A stretch of DNA of 12,571 bases from Promethearchaeota archaeon (GTDB taxonomy: Archaea > Asgardarchaeota > Lokiarchaeia > Sigyniarchaeales > SOKP01). This document shows positions 1 to 7,595 of this stretch, piece after piece; within the stretch, counting starts at the first letter, position 1; the number at the start of each line of letters is the position of its first letter. The position numbers and the translations under genes were made by a program. The notes under the pieces were generated by a model, which was given only the letters and a program-made list of their open reading frames with translations, did no database searches and was not told where the DNA came from. The DNA lies in assembly GCA_048938445.1 (NCBI GenBank), contig JBHLME010000130.1, positions 1 to 12,571 on the forward strand, written 5' to 3'.

Positions 1-102
1 TATTTTAATAAATTTTCCATAATTAAAACAATATTATATGAATTCACAAATTTATTATTATATTCTTATTTATTTAATTTATTAGAAAAATGGAAGGTAA
101 CC

Positions 103-879
103 TTGAAAAAATCAAATTTAAAGTTTTTAGCTTTATTATTAGTATTTCAGATAATCATCATACCAAATTTCTTTATAATTATTGGTCAAGGTGTTACACT
201 TGAAATAGATCCCGAATTTGGAGAGATGCCTACAATCGATGGAGATATTTCAGAAAGTGCATGGGATAATGCAACTAAAAATAATATAAAATTAGACGAT
301 TTAGATATAGAGTTATGGGTAATGCAAAGTAATTCTCATCTTTATATAGCAATATCTTTTGAATTAGATTATTTAGAGACGGAATTTTTAGCGATAATTA
401 TTTCAAATAGCACGTCTAATAGCACGTCTAGTTACAAGGATGCTAAAATTATTCAATTTGTTAACCTAACAACTGGAGAATTTAATTATTTAGACTATAA
501 AATTAACAATAATTTATTTACTCTGGATACTAAACAAGATGGTAATGGGGCAGCAAAAAATATTACTCACGAAAAATATTATGAATTTAGCATACCAATA
601 GATAATGGGGATGATATCGAAGATGTAGATTTACAATTTGAACAATCCTATGGATTTAATATCTCTCTTGGATATACTGCATCATATCCTAGTGGCATAT
701 TTAAAAGCAATTTTATTATCATTAATTTGCGCACTCCTTCACCTCCAGAAATAAATCCTATAGAATTATCACTATTAATTATATCTATCGTCATTAGTAG
801 CATTACTGGTGCATTTATTATCATTTATTCATATAAAATATCAACTTTAAAGAAAAAAATTAAAAGGTTTATAAAATAA
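103..879 (+). CDS. Secreted, C-terminally membrane-anchored protein with CBM9-like/DOMON-like beta-sandwich domain (putative cell-surface glycoprotein)
   Basis: TTG start after GGAAGGT. Basic+hydrophobic N-terminus (MKKSNLKFLALLLVFQIIII). PTIDGDISESAW and YYEFSIPI motifs typical of CBM9-like/DOMON folds. Pro-rich linker (TPSPPEINP), C-terminal TM helix and basic tail. Six N-x-S/T sequons. Confidence 0.6.
   Translation: MKKSNLKFLALLLVFQIIIIPNFFIIIGQGVTLEIDPEFGEMPTIDGDISESAWDNATKNNIKLDDLDIELWVMQSNSHLYIAISFELDYLETEFLAIIISNSTSNSTSSYKDAKIIQFVNLTTGEFNYLDYKINNNLFTLDTKQDGNGAAKNITHEKYYEFSIPIDNGDDIEDVDLQFEQSYGFNISLGYTASYPSGIFKSNFIIINLRTPSPPEINPIELSLLIISIVISSITGAFIIIYSYKISTLKKKIKRFIK
406..430 (+). repeat. 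Perfect in-frame 12-bp tandem duplication (AATAGCACGTCT)x2 encoding NSTS-NSTS
   Basis: Read directly: aatagcacgtct 406-417, aatagcacgtct 418-429, then a430. Confidence 0.95.
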
Positions 880-880
880 C

Positions 881-1303
881 ATGCCAAAATTTGAAAAAGA
901 AAGAAAAAAAGCTTCAAAATCGCAAAAAAACCAAGGGTTTGACCAAGATTTAGCTTTCAAATCATTAGTTTTTACTTTATTTGTTGGTTCTATATTCTTC
1001 ATTTTATCAATTCTTTTTAATGTGGTAGATATACTTTCAGTATTATCTTTAATCCAACATCAACTTATTGAGATATTAGATATCGGGATAAAGGTAATCA
1101 CACCAGTTTTATTCTTCCTTTTCATATTAACTAGTGTAGGTAATTATAAAGATTTGTTAGGAAAACCTGCTGATTGGAAAGAGATCACGTTTCTTTTTTG
1201 TTTATCTTTATTTCAAACTGTTAGAAACACAATTGCATTTGGATTAACCTTAGTAGGATTGATATTAGTGGTACTATATTTTTATATCATTCAAGAGGAC
1301 TAA
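881..1303 (+). CDS. Hypothetical integral membrane protein (about 4 TM helices)
   Basis: Basic N-terminus then four hydrophobic stretches. ATG lies 1 nt after the upstream stop, suggesting translational coupling. Confidence 0.7.
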   Translation: MPKFEKERKKASKSQKNQGFDQDLAFKSLVFTLFVGSIFFILSILFNVVDILSVLSLIQHQLIEILDIGIKVITPVLFFLFILTSVGNYKDLLGKPADWKEITFLFCLSLFQTVRNTIAFGLTLVGLILVVLYFYIIQED

Positions 1304-1329
1304 CTTAATTCTATAATTAATTCTAAATA

Positions 1330-2064
1330 ATGAATTCAGAAATCTATTGCATAGGTCATAGAGGATGTAGAATAGGCTCAGATGAAAATACCTTTACTGC
1401 TTTTACTAAAGCCCTAAAAAATGGTGCAGATTGCATAGAATTCGATGTTCACAAAACTAAAGATAATAAGTTAATAATAATTCATGATATAACGCTAGAA
1501 CGGACAACCAATGGATTCGGTAAAGTTAATGAATTGAATTATGAAGAAATTAAGAATTTTAAAACAAATTTAAAAGGATGTCCAATTCCCCTTCTATCCG
1601 AGGTAATTGATGCATTTAAAAATAAGATAAATTTCTTAATTGAATTAAAAGGGGAGAATATCAGAAATTTATTAATAAAATTGTTAAAACAAAAAGATAT
1701 TCTTAATAGTTGCATTTTTAGTAGCAGAAATTTAAGCGAATTATTTTTATTAAAAACTGAACTTCCAAAAAGTCAAATTTGCTATAATATTACAAAAGGG
1801 ATAGGTTTATCTTTAAAAAAAATCCAAGAACAGAAAAAAATTCCGAAACAAATCAATATCATTAGTTTGGATTCAAGATTAATCACACAAGATTTTATAA
1901 ACCTTTGCCACAATCAAAATGTTTTAGTGTATTCATGGAATTTCATTAAATACAAGAAACCGATTGAAAAAATTAAATTGCTAATAACGCTTGGGATTGA
2001 TGGAATTTTATTTGATGATTGTCAAAACATTCCTTCTATCAAAAAGTGGGTAAAATCAAATTAA
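1330..2064 (+). CDS. ugpQ: Glycerophosphodiester phosphodiesterase (GDPD, UgpQ/GlpQ family), cytoplasmic
   Basis: IGHRG (H10), ENT, IEFDVHKTKD (E37, D39), IIHDxTLxRTT (H52), IPLLSEV, IELK and GIDGILFD motifs. No signal peptide. Confidence 0.92.
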   Translation: MNSEIYCIGHRGCRIGSDENTFTAFTKALKNGADCIEFDVHKTKDNKLIIIHDITLERTTNGFGKVNELNYEEIKNFKTNLKGCPIPLLSEVIDAFKNKINFLIELKGENIRNLLIKLLKQKDILNSCIFSSRNLSELFLLKTELPKSQICYNITKGIGLSLKKIQEQKKIPKQINIISLDSRLITQDFINLCHNQNVLVYSWNFIKYKKPIEKIKLLITLGIDGILFDDCQNIPSIKKWVKSN

Positions 2065-4121
2065 ACTTTTTCAAGCTCCATTACGGAGGTCCCTGATGGG
2101 AGTTTTAAAAGGATCTCATCTAATGGTAAAAGTTTCACCCATTTTTTAAATTCTTTATTAATATTTTTAATATAATATTCTTTTATTTCTTTTGCTAATT
2201 TACCTTTTGAAATTCCTGTTTTAGAAGGTTTAATTATTAGAATATTGCTTGATACTTGACTCTTTATAGATATAATTGGTCCACATAAAATTCTAGGATA
2301 AAAAAGTTTGGTCTGATTGTCAATTGAGCCTTCTAACTCTTCTAATTCTAATGCAATTGCTAATTCTGTTTTAATATTCCTCATAAAATTCTTTTTTCCT
2401 GTAATAATAAATGATCCCTTGGGTAAAAACTCTCCAGAAGGAGGTGTTTTTGAAACTTGAGAGGAATTTACAAAAAAAACATCAACAATATTCCAAGATT
2501 CTTTCCATGCTCGAGAAAAACTGGCGACAAATATAGCTGTTTCTTCCAATGATACTTCAGAAATTTGAAGATTTTCTGTGTTTTTTATAATCATCAAAGG
2601 AGAACCAGGAAAATTTGTATGAAAAACTAAATCATTAGTTTCCATATATTTTTTAAAAATCACTTCATTAGAAGAGGCATCTTTTCCACCAATTACGAGA
2701 AATCCTTCAGAAGTAATAAACCAATGAAATTTTTCATACCATTTTTTTTTTGGTTTTTTAATTAAAACATTTATTTCCGTTTCTATAGATTCTTTCTGTT
2801 CTTTTAATTCTTTAATTTTTTTTTTTGTTTTTTCAATTGCAGGAATTGTTCCTTTTATTTTTTTTTCCGCTTTTTTTCCTTTATCATAAATAGAATTTGC
2901 ATTTTCTCCAACACTTTTATTGAGATCAATATAAACCTCACTTTCATTTATTAAAATAATTAATTGTTTCGAGGCGGGAAGGATTTTTCCAAATAATTGA
3001 GTATCCGGCAAATTTTCCAATTTTGCTGTTTTTAATTTATTATTAATATCTTCCCATGAGTATCCCTTCTCTCTAGCAGAAAGAATCACATTGATCATAT
3101 TTTCTATGGTCTTAAAATTTGCATATATATAATCTCCATATTCATAATATTTCTTCTTATCTTCTTTTAGTTCCTCTAGATATTCTAATTGATTTTTTAA
3201 GATCTTTTTATGTGTTTTAATTTTTTGGTTAATTCTTAGGTCTTTAGGTTCTTTTATAACCTTAGAGTCTATTTTTGAAAAAAATTCATCTACAGCTTCA
3301 TTAAAAGTATTACATTTTTTCATATTACTATCTTTATACATTTCTAATTCAAAAGGAATAACAAATTTTTCTTCATTTGAATCATCTAATATAATTAGGG
3401 GTTGAAATTCATCAAAAAGTACCTGATTTCTTAAATTTCTAAATATTTTAAATAAATGGTCTAATTCTTCTTCAGTGAGTTTATTTCCCGATTTTTTTTT
3501 ATTAATTTTAGCTCGATAACATAATTCTTCACCATACAATCCAGAAATATTAATATTTCTTGCTAAAATGCGAACTAACTCTGCTTCAGAACCTTTAATT
3601 ATTTCTTTAAAATCTTCTTGATTTATTGTAAGAAAATCTTTCCCTCGAGATGGTGGAAATAAAAATTCTCTTCCAGCTAATATATCCCTATCCCTAAACT
3701 TTCTATATTTTTTAGCGACTTTTAATATATTATTCTCATCTAATAGTAAATAATTGCCTTTATTAAATAGTTCAATTATTAATTTCCAAGGTTCTCCATT
3801 AATGTTACTTAATTCAACAATAATTATTCGATCAAAATTAAATTGTGATACTCCTAAAATAGTTCTATTTTTTAAAAATTTTCTTAATGACATTACAAAT
3901 TGACTTGGATATTTGGGAACAGGATAATCATATTCCGTTAAATTTATTCGAGAGTCGCTCTTAATAATTAAATTTTTGCGCCCATTTCTTTTCAAATTTA
4001 ATTTTAAAATTAATAAATCCTCAAGTTCATAAACATTTACTATGCTACTACCTTCTAGTAATTCATTCAATTCTTTCGAAATCGCATAAACATCAAAATT
4101 CGAAAAATTTACATTTGGCAT
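2061..4121 (-). CDS. rqcH: Ribosome quality-control factor Rqc2/NEMF/RqcH (NFACT-N, HhH, coiled coil, NFACT-R)
   Basis: N-terminal FD (D10), PSQFVMSLRKFL, FDRII (D97-R98), IIELFNKGNYLL, ENANSIYDKGKK, WYEKFHWFITSEGFLVIGGKDASSNE, VSKTPPSGEFLPKGSFIITGKKNF. These are hallmark archaeal/eukaryotic NEMF motifs. Confidence 0.95.
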   Translation of the reverse strand: MPNVNFSNFDVYAISKELNELLEGSSIVNVYELEDLLILKLNLKRNGRKNLIIKSDSRINLTEYDYPVPKYPSQFVMSLRKFLKNRTILGVSQFNFDRIIIVELSNINGEPWKLIIELFNKGNYLLLDENNILKVAKKYRKFRDRDILAGREFLFPPSRGKDFLTINQEDFKEIIKGSEAELVRILARNINISGLYGEELCYRAKINKKKSGNKLTEEELDHLFKIFRNLRNQVLFDEFQPLIILDDSNEEKFVIPFELEMYKDSNMKKCNTFNEAVDEFFSKIDSKVIKEPKDLRINQKIKTHKKILKNQLEYLEELKEDKKKYYEYGDYIYANFKTIENMINVILSAREKGYSWEDINNKLKTAKLENLPDTQLFGKILPASKQLIILINESEVYIDLNKSVGENANSIYDKGKKAEKKIKGTIPAIEKTKKKIKELKEQKESIETEINVLIKKPKKKWYEKFHWFITSEGFLVIGGKDASSNEVIFKKYMETNDLVFHTNFPGSPLMIIKNTENLQISEVSLEETAIFVASFSRAWKESWNIVDVFFVNSSQVSKTPPSGEFLPKGSFIITGKKNFMRNIKTELAIALELEELEGSIDNQTKLFYPRILCGPIISIKSQVSSNILIIKPSKTGISKGKLAKEIKEYYIKNINKEFKKWVKLLPLDEILLKLPSGTSVMELEKV

Positions 4122-4182
4122 GGTTTTTCTAGTTAATTAAATATGTATAATATTTATTATGATTGGAGTATAAATATCTATT
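4122..4182. promoter_or_regulatory. Putative compact bidirectional archaeal promoter between rqcH and the EMC6-like gene
   Basis: 61-bp divergent intergenic gap with the symmetric AT element ATAATA-TT-TATTAT (4147-4160) centred about 30 nt from each ATG, the TATA-box distance for leaderless or short-leader mRNAs. Confidence 0.45.
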
Positions 4183-4674
4183 ATGAATCAACCACCAAAG
4201 AAGAAGATACGTAGCCGCCATAAAGTAAATATTAAAAAAGAACGATTAAAACAAAAGAAACACGCTGAAAAAGAAAAGAAGAAACTATTAAAATCAAGAG
4301 AGGACCTTCAACCTAAACAAAAACAAAAAAGCGTTAAAGAGACGGCTTTAGATATCAGAATAACTAGAGAAACAAAAATATATTGGATTAGGGGTGCAAC
4401 AGGGGCATTCAGTGCTTTAATATTAAGATTAATAGGTTTTGTTGGATTCCCTTTATTGATATGGTTGATTGCTTTGTTATTTTTAGTTCCCTTCGTTATT
4501 AATTATCTCTTAGGTTATAAACTTGATAAGGAAGAATGGACTTGGAAGAATGTATTGAAACCAGGTTTAGGTTTATTCTTTTTTCTATTCATGTTTGTTG
4601 GGGTAATTATCGAAACAATTTTTGTTGTTTTTGATATAGGAATTAGAATAACTTTTACAGGAATTTACTTCTAA
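4183..4674 (+). CDS. EMC6/Rab5IF(OPTI)-like 3-TM membrane protein with Lys-rich N-terminal extension
   Basis: About 60-aa highly basic N-terminus, then IYWIR (66-70) opening TM1, GFVGF, an acidic loop LDKEEWTW, and KPGLGLFFFLFMFVGVII. This matches the pattern I recall for the Rab5ip/EMC6 family (IYWFRQ...LRGF...IDEEEYGGTW...KEGFMTSFALFMVIWII in RAB5IF). Confidence 0.65.
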   Translation: MNQPPKKKIRSRHKVNIKKERLKQKKHAEKEKKKLLKSREDLQPKQKQKSVKETALDIRITRETKIYWIRGATGAFSALILRLIGFVGFPLLIWLIALLFLVPFVINYLLGYKLDKEEWTWKNVLKPGLGLFFFLFMFVGVIIETIFVVFDIGIRITFTGIYF

Positions 4675-4700
4675 TACTATTTTAGTACTATCAATAAGTT

Positions 4701-5207
4701 CTATAAATTTAATTTTTGGCTGACTTTTTTTTCAATTTTCTCCTTAGAACTAAACGTTATTTCATCTAAATTATAAATACGATCACAGTACACACACTGA
4801 ATTTTTAAAGGTTTTTCAACCAAAACAGAGAATTCTGAATCAATAGGTTCCTTTTCAGAGTTACTAATACATGTTTTATTTACACATAGAATTAATTTTT
4901 TTATAATTTCTGGAAGTTTTACTTTCTTCTTTTCAATAACTTTATAATTATCAATCAATGAGATAGTCGCATTTGAAGAGAGAATTGCGATTTTTTGCAT
5001 TTGAACCTCGTTTAGAAATACATTTTCTATTTTTATGATATCCTTTTTATGATATTTATTTGAGGAAACATTAACACCAATAGTCATTAAGTTAGGAGAC
5101 TTTTCCAGGCCAGTTAAAGAGAGAATTGTTATTGCATATCCCGCATCGATATGATCTATAACTGTTCCCTTATTAATCCTCCCAATTTTAAGATGTTCTT
5201 CTGACAT
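4701..5207 (-). CDS. pyrI: Aspartate carbamoyltransferase regulatory chain
   Basis: I-x-x-GTVIDHI, GVNVSS-x3-KKDIIKIE, ATISLI-x3-KVIEK, and Zn ligands C-x-N-x-x-C (CVNKTC) and C-x-Y-C (CVYC). Confidence 0.95.
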   Translation of the reverse strand: MSEEHLKIGRINKGTVIDHIDAGYAITILSLTGLEKSPNLMTIGVNVSSNKYHKKDIIKIENVFLNEVQMQKIAILSSNATISLIDNYKVIEKKKVKLPEIIKKLILCVNKTCISNSEKEPIDSEFSVLVEKPLKIQCVYCDRIYNLDEITFSSKEKIEKKVSQKLNL

Positions 5208-5383
5208 TGATTATAATCAGTTTTTTTAATTAAAATGGTATGATATTTAGATTCAATAAGATATATTCTTTTATTTATTTTTCATTTATTTGTTTTACCT
5301 TATTAAAAATTTAAGACAATCATATATATATTCTTAAAGATAGTTTATTTAATAGTTTAGGAATGGAAAGATAATCTAGTATT

Positions 5384-5412
5384 AAACAAAAAGAAATAAA
5401 ATAAAAGTTAAT
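5384..5412 (-). terminator. Putative oligo-T archaeal terminator downstream of trpB2
   Basis: The minus strand reads attaacttttattttatttctttttgttt immediately after the stop. The AT-rich background lowers certainty. Confidence 0.35.
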
Positions 5413-6813
5413 TTAAAATTGAGATTCATCTATATTAGGCATTTCGGGTGATGCTAAAGCTTTCTCTATGTCTTCAGAGGGCATTTCGTAATCACGTAAA
5501 TCTCCAGTCATAAATTCTTTATAAGCAAGTAAATCAAAGAATCCGTGACCGCTGAAATTAAACAATATTACTTTCTTTTCATTGTTTTCTTTAGCATTTA
5601 ACGCTTGATCAATTGCTTCTTTTACAGCATGTGCAGTCTCTGGAGCAGGTAGTATCCCTTCCGCATTTGCAAATTTAAGACCGGCATCAATTACTTCCGT
5701 TTGATGATGCATTACAGGTTTTATAATATTAGCATTACTTAAGATTGAGACTATAGGTGCTATTCCATGATATCTTAATCCTCCTGCATGGATTGGACTT
5801 GGTATGAATGTATGCCCTAAAGTATGCATTTTTACAATTGGACCTTTCATTGCTGTATCCCCAAAATCCCATCGATAAGATCCTTTACATACACTTGGAC
5901 AAGCTCGAGGTTCTACACCAATTATTTCTAAATCTGGTAAAATACCATGTAATTTATCTCTAGCGAATGGTATCATTAATCCCCCAAAATTAGATCCTCC
6001 GCCCATACAGCCAATAACGACATCCGGTTTAATACCTACTTTATCAAGCTGTACTTTTGCTTCCTGACCTACAATTGTTTGATGAAGGAGAACGAAATTA
6101 ACAACACTTCCAAGCGAATATCTTATCTTATCACTTCTCATACTATGCTCTACAGCTTCCGAGATTGCAATACCGAGGCTACCTGGATGATCTGGATCTT
6201 TTTCTAAAAAAGTTTTTCCAGATTCAGTAAATCTTGAAGGACTTGCATGTACTTCTGCATTAAATGATCTCATTAAGATTTTTCTTCCTGGTTTTTGATT
6301 AAAACTTATCCGAACCATATAAACAGTACATTTAATTCCAAATAGACTGCAACCATAAGAAAGTCCAGATCCCCACTGGCCTGCTCCTGTTTCTGTGACC
6401 AATTCCTCAAGCCCATCTTTTTTAGCATAATAAGCTTGTGCAATTGCTGTATTTGGTTTATGTGAGCCTGTAGGTGAATATGATTCATTCTTATAATATA
6501 TTTGAATGTTATCCCCTTCAATGTCTAAAGCCTTTTCTAATCCTAAAGCTCTGTGAAGAGGAGAAGGGCGATAAGTTCTTGCGAAAATTTCCCTCAATTC
6601 ATTTGGAATTGGAATATTTGGTTCTTGAGAAACTTCTTGAAGGACGCATTCTTTTGGAAATATTGCAAATGCCATTTCGGGAGGGGCTGGCTTTCCATCC
6701 ATTGGATTAACTAATGGTGTCATTGGTGTTGGTAAATCGGGTAATATATTTACCCATTCCTTTGGTACTTCGTTTGGTTGTAACAAAATTCTTGAATTAA
6801 AATAATCTACCAT
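5413..6813 (-). CDS. trpB2: TrpB2-type (tryptophan synthase beta-like) PLP-dependent enzyme
   Basis: EVPKEWVNILPDLP N-terminus, YKNESYSPTGSHKPNTA (PLP lysine), TETGAGQWGSGL, HPGSLGIAISEAVE, GGGSNFGG, IHAGGLRYHG, PAPETAHA, FNFSGHG. The 466-aa length and the N-terminus are typical of type 2. Confidence 0.95.
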   Translation of the reverse strand: MVDYFNSRILLQPNEVPKEWVNILPDLPTPMTPLVNPMDGKPAPPEMAFAIFPKECVLQEVSQEPNIPIPNELREIFARTYRPSPLHRALGLEKALDIEGDNIQIYYKNESYSPTGSHKPNTAIAQAYYAKKDGLEELVTETGAGQWGSGLSYGCSLFGIKCTVYMVRISFNQKPGRKILMRSFNAEVHASPSRFTESGKTFLEKDPDHPGSLGIAISEAVEHSMRSDKIRYSLGSVVNFVLLHQTIVGQEAKVQLDKVGIKPDVVIGCMGGGSNFGGLMIPFARDKLHGILPDLEIIGVEPRACPSVCKGSYRWDFGDTAMKGPIVKMHTLGHTFIPSPIHAGGLRYHGIAPIVSILSNANIIKPVMHHQTEVIDAGLKFANAEGILPAPETAHAVKEAIDQALNAKENNEKKVILFNFSGHGFFDLLAYKEFMTGDLRDYEMPSEDIEKALASPEMPNIDESQF

Positions 6814-7013
6814 TTTTTATACCTATTTTCAATTTTTTTTAATAGAAAACGTCTATTCGACGAAATTAATATTTTTTATTGTCTACTATTTAAAAAGTTT
6901 TTACTTTTTTATTTACGCTATTTTAGAAGAAGTGTGTTAAAGAGAATAATTGCTCTGAATTAATGGTTAAATTATTAAAAATCAATAATGATTAAAACCA
7001 TAAATTAAATTAG

Positions 7014-7020
7014 AAAAAAA
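7014..7020 (-). terminator. T7 tract directly after the Roadblock gene stop (possible terminator)
   Basis: The minus strand reads TAA-TTTTTTT. Confidence 0.3.
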
Positions 7021-7434
7021 TTACCTTCCTTCGAATATTTTCATTAAATTTTTTGCAGCTATACGCATTACTTTAACTGTTTTCATCAAAGTATCTATTC
7101 TAGTACCTGCTGAAGCGATAACTAATCGTCCTGCATTAGTGACTACAATATATCCATCATTAGCTCTTACAATAATTTCACTTAAATCTTCTTGGAATAA
7201 TGATTGGATTGTGGAGCGTCCTGTCATCGTTAATGCAGAGGCTAGTCCACAAAATGCATCAGAATCTACAGTATAATTAGGGAGCGCGCTAAACGCGATT
7301 TGATAACCATCTTGGCTTACAAGTGCAATTGCTTCAATCTCAGCATTAGATGTTATAAATGTGATTTGGGGACTAATTTTCTCTATATCCTCATTAGTAA
7401 TTCCCAAATCTGAGCCGAATTGGACTTTTATCAC
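7021..7434 (-). CDS. Roadblock/LC7 (MglB/LAMTOR-like) domain protein
   Basis: EIEAIALVSQDGYQIAFS, DAFCGLASAL and LSEIIVRANDGYIVV match the Roadblock consensus (alpha-beta-beta-alpha-beta-beta-beta-alpha). The GTG start is uncertain. Confidence 0.88.
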   Translation of the reverse strand: MIKVQFGSDLGITNEDIEKISPQITFITSNAEIEAIALVSQDGYQIAFSALPNYTVDSDAFCGLASALTMTGRSTIQSLFQEDLSEIIVRANDGYIVVTNAGRLVIASAGTRIDTLMKTVKVMRIAAKNLMKIFEGR

Positions 7435-7595
7435 CTTTTTTCTTGTTTCAGATAATATTTTTAATGTTTAGAATAAATCAGTCAATTTCTTTCATTTTTT
7501 AAAATTTTAGAAACTGAAATAATATATTAATTATAATAATGATCATTAATAATTTTAATTATTGATAAAGATCAAAAATTTTCCAATTAAAATAA

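Noticed and set aside
2742-2826. A10 and A11 runs on the rqcH coding strand as possible slippage or autoregulatory stall sites
   Set aside because: The frame is intact, they encode Lys runs in a coiled-coil/basic region, and similar runs occur throughout this AT-rich window.
5310-5338. TTTAAGA-N15-TCTTAAA inverted repeat upstream of pyrI
   Set aside because: 7-bp AT-rich arms with a long spacer are expected by chance.
6306-6521. 71-aa minus-strand ORF
   Set aside because: Nested out of frame in trpB2, with no recognisable motif.
6474-6710. 78-aa plus-strand ORF
   Set aside because: Antisense shadow of the well-conserved trpB2.
6841-6862. Overlapping small hairpins (AATAGA/TCTATT; CGTC/GACG) upstream of trpB2 as an attenuator
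   Set aside because: Stems are only 4-6 bp and I saw no Trp-rich leader peptide.
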